Shown here: positions 50,684 to 63,120 of the stretch, piece after piece
Layout: every line of letters starts with the position of its first letter
Numbering within the stretch: position 1 is the first letter of the stretch
Source of the DNA: Carcharhinus longimanus
Taxonomy: Eukaryota
DNA length: 64,000 bases
Direction of reading: 5' to 3'
Assembly (NCBI GenBank): GCA_030264375.1
Contig: JASCQW010000099.1
Coordinates: 65,360,087-65,424,086, forward strand
Program-made: the position numbers and the translations under genes
Notes under the pieces: model-generated
Database searches by the model: none
What the model saw: only the letters and a program-made list of their open reading frames with translations
What the model was told of the DNA's origin: nothing

Positions 50684-51242
50684 CTGATTTAGAGTTAACA
50701 TAAATGAACAGTGGTGAGAATTATACAGAAATATCTTACTAACTGATATTTTTACTAAGTATTGGAAGTAAGTTTTGCTTCAGTGCTAAAAGTTCTTATA
50801 TTCATAGTTAAAATTAAAAAAAGCTAACATCATAATCCATACATAACTTATTTCCTTCCAGTTCTCATTTAACTTGACTTATGTGCTTTCTATATATTAA
50901 ATTCTCTTGTAGAACTTTCTAACATAATGGTTATGTTATTAAAATTATAATCCAGAGAACAGGAGCTCGTAGTTCCAACTTGGCAGCATAAAAAATCTGA
51001 ATATAAGAAACTGGTACTAGTATATGTGATCATAAAGTTGTTGGATTATTGGAAAAACCCATAGACACCTGAATAAGCTTTAGGCAAGAGAGCCAGTCAG
51101 CTTTGCCCACAGGTCACTCCAGTCCTGAAACAACATGTTTGACATTTAACTGCCCTTTCACCCAGTTGTATCACAAACTGCAGCACTTTCTTCAGGAGAA
51201 CCAGGGTTTTACTCCTTAGAACAATCCAAAAACGTTAGTATA

Positions 51243-51408
51243 AAGATTTGTGCTATATCTAGGTGGATTGGCCCTGTTAAATTGCCCCCGAGAATTGGGG
51301 ATCAGCAGGGTAAATATGTGAGGTTACGGGGATAGAACGTGGCTGGGGATTATTGTCTGTGCTCAACAGGCTGAATGCCCTCTTTCTACACTGTATGGAT
51401 TCTATGAT
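51243..51408 (+). mobile_element. HE1-type SINE 3' half
   Basis: AGGTGGATTGGCCCTGTTAAATTGCCCC...GATTCTATGAT. Confidence 0.7.
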
Positions 51409-53033
51409 CCCATAATTTTATATCTCCCAATGATTAGAAAGCAAATCTGCATATTATTAGGATGATATTTCAGCATTTAGACAGTTGCAATAGAAACATT
51501 TAAAGGAGGATAATGAATGAACAATGACATTATGAGCTTTGTTGATGACAACAAACTGCATGTAGATGATCTTTGTAAAGATGAGTAATCATATTCAAAT
51601 GGGGAAGATGAGCTAAGGAACACAGGTGAATTTAATATGAATACATGAACTTGTGTTTTTCGACAAAAATGGACAGACAAGCTGTAGAACTTCACCTGGC
51701 ACCACACCAAGGTGCTGCACATAATACTGAACAGACATTTTAAGTTACTTGTGCTTGCTGAGAACACCCTTTCCAAACTTACTTAAATTAACTCTGCGCA
51801 TGGGCAACATTGTAACTTTGGTCCCTGGGATTAAGGCTGCAATGGAAATGCTTTGAGATAGGTCAAAGTTTTATTGAATTTGGGATGGGATCGGTTTACA
51901 GTTTGTTACTACCCTATTTTGTCAGCAATGATGTTCAGGCCTTTTATCTTTAAACAAAGGAAAAGAACACAAAAAAATGATAAATTTTAGCTAGAAGCAA
52001 GATCCTGGACGTTAGCCTACTAAGATGGGCAAGAGAGGGTCAAAATCTAAGATACATATAATATGAACCCAAACAGCTATGCAAACAGTGGCTGCCTTTG
52101 CTTTTATAGTGTCAGGTATCAGGGCATCTGAGTGTCTTGCACTTGACAAGTGGGATGTTAATTAATACATTTGTATCAGACAGTCACTGTGCACTTAGGA
52201 ATCTGATATCAAATTTACCGTGCCATACAGGTTTCACAGGCATCTGGAAACTCGACCAAGAAGGAGAGGCAGGAGCAATCAGTTCCTAAAGATAACTGCC
52301 TCTTTCAGAACTACTGTGGACAAGGAGATTCAGGAGTGCTTCCCCAAGTTCCCACAAAAAGGATCTTCAGCTGCCCAGCCCTGATTGTAAACCCCCCTCA
52401 GCAATAACTGCCAATCATTCACCTGCTTTCCCACTGTGCGCCTCTTCCCACTTTTGATTTCAAGAGTCTTCCTCCTGATTATCAGGGACTATCCCCAAAG
52501 GTGTCTTTGTCACTTTTGTTGGCCCTCGTCCATCCACCAGATTGTCCATTTGGGCAGCAGGAGGATGTGAGACAATTCTATAAAATGGTCCTGCTATTGC
52601 CCGAGGCCCTGTTGCATCCTTCAGCCATTTTCAGCCTCACTCACACCTTGCTTCTCCATAAAAATCAGGACTGAAGTGTTTGTAATCTGTGAGGTAAGGT
52701 GCAGCTGTAACAGTTTCTAATGGGTCAGAAGGACCATAAAAGAACGCTGAGGAACTATGATGGAAAGATAAATGCACTAGTGTTACCTGTGAGCTGATAC
52801 TTGTTGCTCAGTCCACCCAAAGTGCACAGTAACTCATTTCTAACTAACAACCTCATTTTCAAGCTCCTTCTTGAACACATGGACTGCAGTGGTTCAGGAA
52901 AGCTGGCCCATCACCACTTTAGTCAGGGCAATTAGGGATGGTCAACAAATGTTGACCTTACCAGTGACACCCACATCCTGTGAATAAGTGAGAAAAAAAG
53001 TATTGCTTGTTCTTGAGTAAATTAAGTTCCTAC

Positions 53034-53156
53034 TGGAGCATGATTGTGATTCCATTTCATCTCTTCCATTACAAATGCACTTGAAGCCACCATAAGTGTT
53101 CTCACACAGGGCAGTTCCCTGACAGTTTGCTTCTGCACTGATACATTCATTTAAGT
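53034..53156 (-). CDS. MUC4/SUSD2-like gene, calcium-binding EGF exon: (D)LNECISAEANCQGTALCENTYGGFKCICNGRDEMESQSCS
   Basis: ttttccag acceptor, gtagga donor, phase 1-1, DxNEC and CxNTxGxFxCxC consensus. Confidence 0.9.
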
Positions 53157-53526
53157 CTGGAAAACATAAGAAATTTTATTGTCATGCCTAGCCATGTTAA
53201 TTAAATCAGCTGTTCTGCTGAATGTTAACCATCCGTTAGCAGTATTTAAAAAGGATTTGAGAATTATCCTAGATTTCTGTCTAACAACTAACACAACCTA
53301 AAGAAAAGATAAATTGGTTAAAAAAAGCACATTTCTTTGTGGGATTTAGTTGTGCAGAAAACAATTGCTGCATTTCTCCACAAAGAGAGTGTAACAGTAC
53401 TAAAGTAGTTCATGGTAATTAAAAAATGTAAAGAAGATACTTCAGGGAGATGTGATAGAGTATTTTCCTTTTGTTTAACAACTCCCTATCCTCCTTTGAT
53501 GAAAGTTATTTCAGGATTTCTTTGGA

Positions 53527-53645
53527 ATACAGAAAATGCTGGAAAATCTCAGCAGGTCTGACAGCTTCTGTGGAGAGAGAATAAAGCTAATGTTTCAAGT
53601 CTGACAAAGTGTCATTCAGACTTGAAACGTTAATGCTATTCTATT
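53527..53645. mobile_element. Penelope-like terminal fragment with degenerate hammerhead (CTGACAAAG...GAAACGTT)
   Basis: ACAGAAAATGCTGGAAAATCTCAGCAGGTCTG...; TCAAGTCTGA/TCAGACTTGA inverted repeat. Confidence 0.6.
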
Positions 53646-53943
53646 ATAACTTGACCATGGTTTGGCTTAACTTGATTCACTAATTAAATCTGGAAAAGTC
53701 CCATTATGATAATAATAATAGGTTGTAGAAAGCAGTCAAGCATCAATAACAGTATAATGGTAATACTAGGGTTATGACAACAAACAAACCTTTAAACTGT
53801 CTCAGATGCAGGCAGGCAATTTGTTTTAATTTTTAAAGGACTGGCTATTCAAATGACTTGACAGTTGACAGTCTTAAAGACCTTATCCGCCATTTATGAC
53901 TTTTTTAAAGATTCAGAATTCCCAAACTGTGGGATGAGACCTT

Positions 53944-54016
53944 ATAAGAACATAAGAACATAAGAAATAGGAGCAGGAGTAGGCCAACTAGCCCTTCGAG
54001 CCTGCCCCGCCATTCA
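53944..54016 (-). mobile_element. Young CR1/HER1 3' end adjoining a gap
   Basis: (CATAAGAA)n tail plus GGAGCAGGAGTAGGCC. Confidence 0.85.
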
Positions 54017-54116
54017 NNNNNNNNNNNNNNNNNNNNNNNNNNNNNNNNNNNNNNNNNNNNNNNNNNNNNNNNNNNNNNNNNNNNNNNNNNNNNNNNNNNN
54101 NNNNNNNNNNNNNNNN

Positions 54117-54203
54117 ACCAGGTGTGCTGGAAACAGGATTTCATGCAGGATCTGTTATTAAGACTCATTGTTTAGATTTGAACATGAGCAATGATCTGTG
54201 GAG
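54117..54203 (+). repeat. 87-bp copy of 38926-39012 (one mismatch)
   Basis: ACCAGGTGTGCTGG...TCTGTGGAG identical except AATGGTC versus AATGATC. Confidence 0.95.
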
Positions 54204-54458
54204 TTGGAAGACTGCCACCCCGGAACTTCAGATAATCCCCATTTGGATACAAAAATTCATCTGCTATTGTACTGCTCCACAAGCCAAGAAGACCAAGCGT
54301 CCTGTTGTAGAAAACATGTGGCAAATAGACTGTTGCCTGGAGGAAGCCATCTATGCCTAACTCCACTGTAACTTGTAGTCCAGAAAAATATACTGCAGAG
54401 CATCTGGTCCTCTTTTCACATACGAGCGCCAACTGATTCTGACTGAAATGATACACCT
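54202..54458 (-). CDS. MUC4/SUSD2-like gene, VWD C-terminal exon, 3' end missing in this assembly
   Basis: ttctcttcacag acceptor; EVYHF...VYLPHVFYNRTLGLLGLWSSTIADEFLYPNG (cf. T.GLLG.WN.N..DDF..PNG); expected ..F.FG..W ending replaced by the 87-bp copy. Confidence 0.88.
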
Positions 54459-54769
54459 CTGTGAAGAGAAACAACAGAGAAATGGAAAGGTACAATTATT
54501 TACTGAAATTCCTTTGAATTGGTGTCAACATTAGTTATCAGAAGCTGATTAAAATGGCAAGTGACCAAATCTTAGAATCAATGTTATTTAAACAGAGAAG
54601 TAAATTGGAACACATTTCACAAAATACATATTGTTACAATGACTAAATATTAAGTGATTAACTCACAGCTATTAATGCAACAGGTTAATTTATTTGACAT
54701 ATACATTTCAGAAAACAATTCAGAATTGAGTTATTTGTATGCATGTGAGATTTACAGATCAACTTCACA

Positions 54770-56340
54770 GTAGAGTCAATGCTCTCATTCCCACTCCCTT
54801 TGTTTTGCATTCCATGACATCTTCGCCATTTAATCTTTCCTGCCCTCTAACTTATTTCTGGCCTTCTTTCTATTTTTCTTCATCTGCCCCTCCCTCCCTC
54901 TTTTCAACATAAAACCCATCACATTTCCACCCCTCGCCATTTCTGAAGATGAGGCATAATGGATTTAAAATGTTAACCCTGCTTCTCTCTCCACAGCTGT
55001 CGCCAAAATTGCTTTTCCTGCAATATTTGATCTTATTTCAGATCTCCAGCATCCGCAGTGTTTTGTTTTAATTTTTGTGTTTAATTCATTGCCACTTCAC
55101 TTCCAGAAATGCCTACCTTGAAGAAATTCTGCTCCTCGCTTCAATGGGATTTCTGTTTCTCTCTTGTTCACCTTCATTGCATTCCCTCTCCTCCTGGTGT
55201 TTTGTGGCATTTATCAAAACTCACTTTCACATCCACATTTCCTTCCTCAGTGACTGTTGTCTGCCCTGACTTACCCCACATAGCTTCCAACTGAATTTAC
55301 ATCCTTTATATTTCAAATTCATATAGAGTTACATATATCTCCAAGACATGCCACATCTCTCAGACTAGCCACATTCTGAGATCCACAGAGTGCTATGTGC
55401 CACTCCATGTACACACTCAACCCAGCACTGACTCATCTTATCTCAAAATTCTCTTTCTCCTCAGTTCCATTTCACTCTTCGAATTAGCCGGTACCTTAAC
55501 ACGAAACGTTTTCTCTTCTTTTCAGGTGTTAAGGATTTATCTGAATGCACGAAGCATTCGGAATAAAGTGGATGAGCTGGTGGCGCAGATCAGCACAAAC
55601 GGATATGATCTGGTGGCCATTACAGAGACNNNNNNNNNNNNNNNNNNNNNNNNNNNNNNNNNNNNNNNNNNNNNNNNNNNNNNNNNNNNNNNNNNNNNNN
55701 NNNNNNNNNNNNNNNNNNNNNNNNNNNNNATTGAATGGCGGGGCAGGCTCGAAGGGCTAGATGGCCTACTCCTGCTTCTATTTCTTATGTTCTTATGTTC
55801 TTAAAAGCCCAATACCTTACTGGTACTGACACCCCTCTGGTTCATTCCTCCCCTTCCCTTCCCTCTGACCCCATTCCTTCATCTAATCCCAGCCCTTGCC
55901 ATGTATCCAGTCTACCCTCTGACTTTCTCCTCTCTGATGCTGAATGATCTGAGCTCAGCAAAGGACTCAGTTTTATCCCTTCGCATCATCACTTCAATGA
56001 ATTTTGAGCCTGCCAGGATATTGAACTCTCCTACCATTGCCTTCTCTGTCATGCTCACTTCTTTGGGCAGGAGTCCTTCTTGCCACCCATCCCCTGCACC
56101 TTCTAACCCCACCACCATCACCACATCCCTCCATGCAACAGACCTTTTCAACTGCCTCCAATATTCTCCCTCTGGTGGACATCTCCCACAGAACCCTTTT
56201 ACTTGCTCTTGATCTTTTCACTGAGATGATTTCAATGATTGTATTGGTGCTGTTGCACGCTCATATCTAGAACTGCTTCCAATTCCTACCCTTCTCTCAC
56301 CTTCACATGGTCCATCTCCAACATTTCTCTTCCCTTCTTG
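54770..56340 (+). mobile_element. Penelope-like element (pLTR and ORF fragments) interrupted by a CR1
   Basis: pLTR-type TTCTGAAGATGAGG...GTTAAC...TTTCAGATCTCCAGCATCCGCAG; ORF motif LSDAE.S.LSKGLSFIP. Confidence 0.65.
55525..55803 (+). mobile_element. Young CR1/HER1 LINE collapsed into a gap (endonuclease start and 3' tail)
   Basis: YLNARSIRNKVDELVAQISTNGYDLVAITE before the gap; (TTCTTATG)n tail after it. Confidence 0.88.
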
Positions 56341-56583
56341 TGTATTGTTTCCCAAATTGATTTGTTAGGAAGTATGCAGTATTGTATTTATATTAATATG
56401 ATAGTACAGATTTGTTAAGATATGATGTTCACAATAACTAAATTCAAATAGAGATAAACATTTAATCCAAGTTTGACGATTTGCACCATAATGATAGATT
56501 TAATTTATTTGTTATGGCTCTCTGATCTCTTGCTCTACATGTGCATCGTATTAGCCAATGAACTACACAGAGGAGATCTCATG

Positions 56584-57534
56584 TGTTAGGAACCAGATCA
56601 GAAACTCCAAAGTATATTATAAAGTTAGCCTATATCCTAACTTTTTCTTTTGGTTTTGACATTAGGGTGAGCATAAGATATTTTGCTCCAGGTATGGTTC
56701 AATGGACCCACTGGGGAGTTTTCATCAAAACAATTTTATTTAAGAATATTTAAGAATAGTTCGAACATAACAAAAAGAATTAGCATAACTTTTACCAATT
56801 AAAATATTTAAACATGACAAAGTATAATTCTTAACAACTAGCAATCTCTATTGTTCCAATTTAAACCAATATTCCCATAGACATACATCCTTCTTCAGAA
56901 TTAGTTAGCACAAAAGAAAACACATGTGGTGCTTGGTTTCCAGCCTCTTAATACCCCTGGATAGAGATCCAAACAGATTCTCACACAGCTACCCTCAGAG
57001 AAAGATCTACTCCAAAACAGCAAAATCTCAGNNNNNNNNNNNNNNNNNNNNNNNNNNNNNNNNNNNNNNNNNNNNNNNNNNNNNNNNNNNNNNNNNNNNN
57101 NNNNNNNNNNNNNNNNNNNNNNNNNNNNNNNCCAAAACAGCAAAATCTCAGAGAAAAAGACTTATTTCCTGGTAGATTCCAGTCTCCACTTCAGAGAGAG
57201 AAAGGGAGATAGCAAAAGCAAACACTATCCCAACAGCAACTGACTTGATTCTTCTGTATAAGCCTAGCTCCACCCGGTCATATCGCCTTAGCTATCAATC
57301 AACCTAATCAAGCTCCATTCTGAAATAGCTCAAGGGATAACAATAAAATAATCACCCTGCATTAGTCCAGATTAAAACAAACATTGCAACTATCAAAATC
57401 AATTATGCTGCTGCAATAACAATAGAGTGCTGCTGGATCCAGACAAAATGGCCTTGAGTGCATAGAACTGCTACAACAGATGCTGCGCAAGGGATGTGAC
57501 ACAAATACAATTCTTAAAGATACACATTATCACA
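56584..57534 (-). mobile_element. Solo LTR (Gypsy-type) with 4-bp TSD CATG
   Basis: TGTTAG...ATCACA termini; CATG at 56580-56583 and 57535-57538. Confidence 0.75.
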
Positions 57535-57671
57535 CATGTGATTCAATCAATAATCTCATTTACACTGGAAATTTGTTTCTAATTGGTTGCCAGCTACAAT
57601 TGACTTTCCAGCACTGCTGAGCATTTGCTGTCATTTGTGACAATTCCACTGACCTTTTCACAAACTCTTAC

Positions 57672-57759
57672 CTAAATCTTCACCTTTGTGTAAGCTGATA
57701 TCCTTATCATTTACTGTAACAGAAAGTTCCTTTTCAGACTTGGAGCATTCCCATTGTAC
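57672..57759 (-). CDS. MUC4/SUSD2-like gene, VWD exon: VQWECSKSEKELSVTVNDKDISLHKGEDL
   Basis: tttctcatttcaattag acceptor, gtaaga donor; phase 0-1 links the neighbouring exons. Confidence 0.85.
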
Positions 57760-57875
57760 CTAATTGAAATGAGAAAAGATTTAGTTTAAGATAGGAGATA
57801 ACAGAAATGTTAGTTACTGTTTCAAAACAGAATTTTTAAACTATCTGGTCATGATTTTGAGAATAAACTACTTAC

Positions 57876-58096
57876 TTTCATCATTACCATCCCTTGATAA
57901 AATGCAGCCAGCTTTACCAAGGCCACTGTATTTATAAAGGTGTTGTTTTTAATTGTTAGGTAACTTTGCCCTTGAAGAGTAAATATATTGTGTCCTTTGG
58001 CTGATGATAACCTGACAATGACGTACTCTCCGAGTCCATGAAATATGTAGTCAACTCCATCAAATGTTTTCACATGTAGGGTTCCATAAACCTGAC
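57876..58096 (-). CDS. MUC4/SUSD2-like gene, first VWD exon: GQVYGTLHVKTFDGVDYIFHGLGEYVIVRL...FTLQGQ...AAFYQGMVMMK
   Basis: aag acceptor (phase 1), gtaagt donor (phase 0); TFDG..Y.F.GLGEY signature of MUC4/SUSD2 VWD. Confidence 0.92.
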
Positions 58097-58884
58097 CTTA
58101 ACAATAAATAGTTTTTGAGAATTTATCCATATACAGTATTTATTTTAACTCCTCTTTCTCTCTAAAAACAAATGTTGTTGAGTCTAAATCTATTTAGTCT
58201 GAGTCCATGTTTGTGCTGTTGCCATTTTTCAATTACACTGTAAATTTAACAGGATGTATTTACATTGTTGGAGTTATTTTTCTTCTCCATCTTAAGTTCC
58301 TCATTCACTTCTAATTATACCTCTTTCTTAACACTCTTGAGTTAGCTACTAGTCAAGATCATCCAGGATGACATAACCTCTAATTCTCCATCCTTTTCTG
58401 TGGGGAAATATCTATCTTTGGAAATAAATCGGAACCGCCATACAACACTGTGATTCTGAAAATATGCAAGAACATTTATAACTGCAGCTGCCTCAATGGA
58501 TTAGAGGATAAATGAACTGTTCAGTGTGGAAAAGGGCACCATAGTCTAGTTAGGTCTATGTTGATCTGCAGTCTATGTTTGGTTAGCTCAAATCACCTGG
58601 GTGGCATTTGAGTGCTGCATTTGGAATCAGTGCCCATGGAAATGGAATAAAATCAGGCAAGCGTTCTTGCTCTTAACTCCAATGAAGTGAAACCTGCTTA
58701 AATGTGCACGGCATTGATGGAACAAGAATGTGTTGCAATGGATTTCCCATTAGTTAGATTATTTTTATTCATTCATGGAATATGAACATCTCTGGTTAGG
58801 CCAGCATTTATTTTCCATCCTTAATTGCCTCTGAGAAGTTGGTGGTGAGCTCTCGAACTGCTGCAGTCTACGCAAATGTACAAA

Positions 58885-59690
58885 CATATGAAAAAAAAAG
58901 CAGGAGTAGGCTTTTCAGCCTCTCAAACCTGCTCCTCCATTCAATGAGGCCAAGGCTGATCTGATAGTAACCTCAAACTTGCACCTGTCTATCCCTGATA
59001 ACCCTCTTCTTTGCTGAGAATCTATCCACTTCTGCCTTAAAAATATTCAAAGACTTTGCTTCCCCCTCCTTTTCAGGAAAAGAGTTCCGAAGACTCATGA
59101 CTCTCCAAGTGAAAGCATTTTGCCCTATCTCCGTTTTAAATGGATGATCCTCTATTTTTAAACAATTATCCCTACATCTAGAGCCTTCCACAGGAGCAAA
59201 TATCCTCTTCACGTCCATCCTGTCAAGATCTGTCAGGACCTTACATGTTTCAATCAAGTCACCTCTTACTTTTCTAAACTCCAGCAAATACAAGTGTGGT
59301 TTGTCCAACCTTTTGTCATAGGACAAGCCATCCATTAGAGATATTAGCCTGGTAAACCTTCTCTGAACTGCACTCAACATCCTTCCTTAAATAAAGTGAT
59401 CAATATGATTCACAATGCTTCAAATGTAGTCTTGTACAACCAAAGCATAACCTTCCTGTTTTTGTATTCAATTCCCCCTGCAATAAGTGATAACATTCTA
59501 TTCGCTCTCCCAATTACCTGCATATTGGTCTTTTGCGATTCATGCACTATGACACCCAGATTCCTTTGTACCTAAGAGCTCTATAATCTCTCAAAATTCA
59601 GGGAATAATTTTATTTTTTATTCTTTCTGCCAGAATTCATATTTTCCTACATTATATTCCATTTGCCAGGTCTTTGTCCAGGTTGTGTAG
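58885..59690 (-). mobile_element. CR1 LINE RT C-terminus and 3' UTR
   Basis: LSAVQRRFTRLI...LSYDKRL...LEFRKVRGDLIETCKVL...LNIFKAEVDRF. Confidence 0.9.
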
Positions 59691-59709
59691 ATATAATCTG
59701 GGGTTTACC

Positions 59710-60950
59710 ATCACACAATGCTGTTTGGGAGGGAGTTCCAGGATTTTGGCCCGGTGACAGTTAAGGAATGGTGATATATTTCTATGTCAGGATGGTGATT
59801 GGCTTGGAAGGGAACTTCCAGGTGGTGTTGTTCCTATGTGTCTACTATCCTTGTTCTACTAGTTGATAGCAGCTGTGGGCTTGGAAAGTGCTTTCTATGG
59901 AGCCTTGGTGAGTCCCTGCAATATATCTTGTAGATTGTACACACTATTGCCATTGCATATTAGTGGTGAAAGGAATGAATGGTTGTGGATGGGTACCAAT
60001 CAGGCAGGTTGCTTTGTCCTGGATGGGTTCAAGCTTCTTGAGTGTTGTTGGAGCTGCACTCATCCAAGCAAATGGAGCGTATTGCGACCCACTCTTGACT
60101 AATACTTTGTAGATGATGAACAGGCTTCGGCGAATCAGGAGGTGAGTCACTCACCACAGAATTTCCAGTTGCTGACCGCATCTTGTAGCCACAGTATTTA
60201 TATGATTAGTCCAGTTTGGTTTTTGATTGATAGTAACCCCCAGATTGTTGGAAGTGAAGGTAACGTCACTGAATGTCAAGAGGTGATGGTTAAGTTCTCT
60301 CTTGTTGGAGATGGTCATTGCCTAGCACATATGTGGTGCGAATGTAATTGCCACTCGTCAGCCCAAGGCTAAATATTGTCCATGTCTTGCTGCATTTGAA
60401 CATAGACTGCTTCAGTATCTGAGGACTTGCGAATGGTGCTGAACATTGTGTAATTTCCCCACTTCTGACCTATTTTGTCATTGTTTGAACCAAGATCTCA
60501 AGCTCCCAACCTGAATGGCCTGGTAGAACACAAACTATGTCATTAAATAGGTTATTGCTATACAAGTGTAACTTGATAGCACTGTTATAGATGGCTTTCA
60601 TCACCTTACTGATGATCGAGAGTATACTGATGAGGTGGTAATTCAATTGCCTTGCTTTTTGTGTACAGGACATACTGGGCAGTTTTCCACATTGCTGGGT
60701 AGATGACAATGTTGTCACTGTACTAGAACAGCTTAGCTAGGATGCAACGAATTCTGGAGCACAATTCTTCAGTACTATTGCCAGAATATTATCAGGGCCC
60801 ATAGACTTTGAAGTACCCAGTGCTTTCAACCATTTCTTGATATCACATGAAGTGAATCATATTGATTGAAGACTGCCACTTATGATGCTGGGAACCTCTG
60901 GAAGAGGCCGAGATGGGTCACCCACTTGACACATTCAGCTGAAAATAGTT
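59710..60950 (-). mobile_element. Second CR1-group LINE (RT and 3' region)
   Basis: ISILSIISKVMKAI, IYKVLVKSGSQYAPFAWMSAAPTTLKKL; 3' end continues at ~58760-58870. Confidence 0.8.
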
Positions 60951-61506
60951 TACCAACACTCTTTAGTCATGAAGAATGGTCATGAAAATGCAATGCACTG
61001 ATCCAATTCTCCAAGAGAAGTGAAAAGGGGAGATTGTTGAAGAAAAAGTATCTTATCAATTAGAAAGCACAAACACTAACCTAAACAGCCTACTCATTTG
61101 ATTTCTGATACTCAAAGGCTGTGAGTGTGTATCCTACAGTTACTTATAACTTCAAATCGATTACCAAGGTTGGTTGGGTGTGTTTAAGCTATTCATGAGG
61201 CTGAACACAACATAATTACTAGTTCACCTTCAATAAGGCAAAACTGTTACGTTGCAGTTTTCCTGACTTCAGTCACACATCTTTGGGTAAATTATGGAAA
61301 ATTGGTCTATATAGTCAGAGATATCTATGACTTTGTTCTCCTATCTGGAGCTCAATGAGTGATTGATTGTAAAAGGGAACAACTGAAAAAGAGAAAATAA
61401 CTTCTGAAAAGCACTGAATTAAATGAATACAACTAAAGCCAATGCAATTCTCAACATAGTAAGCCATAATAGTCACAATGCACAAAATAAATTGTCATTT
61501 GCTTAC

Positions 61507-61617
61507 CTAAACCCAATGAAGTATAATTCTCACACATATCAATAGGTCGTTTTTCATAATACAAATTGCATAATGAAGATCTTCTGCAACACCATTCAAA
61601 AGGTTCCAAGTCCCCCT
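61507..61617 (-). CDS. MUC4/SUSD2-like gene, AMOP C-terminal exon: KGDLEPFEWCCRRSSLCNLYYEKRPIDMCENYTSLGL
   Basis: aacag acceptor, gtaagc donor, phase 1-1; DL.P..WCC....C.LY..RP...C..Y AMOP signature. Confidence 0.93.
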   Translation of the reverse strand, partial: RGTWNLLNGVAEDLHYAICIMKNDLLICVRIILHWV

Positions 61618-63120
61618 CTGTTAATATATAATAAAACAATTATGACTAAAATTCAATGCAAGCTGTTTATTATTTGCAAATATTGCCTACATAAGATTGC
61701 ATGAGTTCAGCACATCAGGCGTTTCTCACAATCAAAATCCACAATTTTGAATAACAATATATGTGTACAAGTTTCCAAATTGGGGTCTGTAATGTCAGTA
61801 CACCTCTGTCTACCTGGAGACAAAAATGAGATACTCAGTCCCAGTTCTGAAATATTTATTGATAATAGGTGGTGGCATCTATTACATATAAGTATTGAAA
61901 TTTTTATTCTGTATGTTAGCTGGAAGCATTTGTTTCCAAATAGCTCAATGTCCATTTAGTAGATTTCTTATTGACTCCCATATTAGCATGGCCATGTATG
62001 AAATGTTACCATCTAACAATTTCACAGCTTGTTGTCTGGTTGCTAGCTATCAGCACTGTTGATGGTAGCAATGATAACGTAAATAATTATAATGTGTTCC
62101 ACATATATCCCGAATGTTAGTCCACAGACAGGTGCTTTAAGTGGGAACTTTATGTATTAGTAGAACTAGAGCAGACTACTTCCAAGAATTACACAGGGAC
62201 GTTTTTCTCATTCAGAGTAAAAATATCCCAAGCTAATTTCAAGAACATTCAGGTAGATTTTAAAGCTCTTAAAGTTTTCTGCAGTGAAGCAAACTTTAAT
62301 GTAGATATCAGGTTGGCAATTTAATAATTCAGTGAACTGATCTAAGCTAATAGTTAGTGTGAATACAGCAAGATTATACTGAGCCTAAATCAACCTGATC
62401 TAAGCTGAGATCTTGTGATAAGGCGTAGTAAAACATTTTGGATGTTAAACTGAACATGACTTGTCTAAAGTCTAATCTCTGAATAGTTGCATATTTATTT
62501 GAGTAAAGGGACATTTAATTAACCAGTTTTGAATGAGCTGTGTAGAAATATTTAAAATGGAAATTAAAAAAGCATCTGGTTAAAATAAAAGTCAATTTTC
62601 CACATGCTTTTGGGCTTTATGCTCAGGAAGCATTCATTATTAAGATTTTCAATTCATTTTCAACAGTAACAGCACAAAGTAGGAATCAAACATGCCTTTC
62701 TCCACCTACCTGTCTAGTTTTGGTGATTTTACATCTATGAAAAGGTGACAACGCTGACTAATTTTGATAGCACAAAACGCCACCAAGGCTCAAAAGGGTA
62801 GAGGAGCTTTTGCAGTGAAAATCAAAACGTAATAGTTAATGAATGCCAAGGATTGAAAAAGATTGCAGGAGGATTAAAAGCCAGGGGATGGAAGGAATTC
62901 TGCAGTTTGCAGGACATGAGAAGCCAACAGTTAGAGCTAATCCCAAAACCTGTCATCAGTGTTAGCCACACATAAATTTCCAATCAGAAGTTACTTGCAA
63001 TCAGTTAGAAGTTGAAATCCTGCCTGATTCATTTTCTAGGCATTAAGGCTACTGATTTCCCAACAGCATCAACTGAATACTTAACCTTGGGCAACAGAAG
63101 TAATTTTAATCTATACTCAC

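Noticed and set aside
52787-52840. Possible extra mucin exon between EGF and TM exons
   Set aside because: Stop codon in the frame required by the phase-1 EGF donor; poor acceptor.
57012-57151. CCAAAACAGCAAAATCTCAG repeated on both sides of a gap
   Set aside because: Most likely contig-end overlap or a collapsed LTR-internal tandem repeat.
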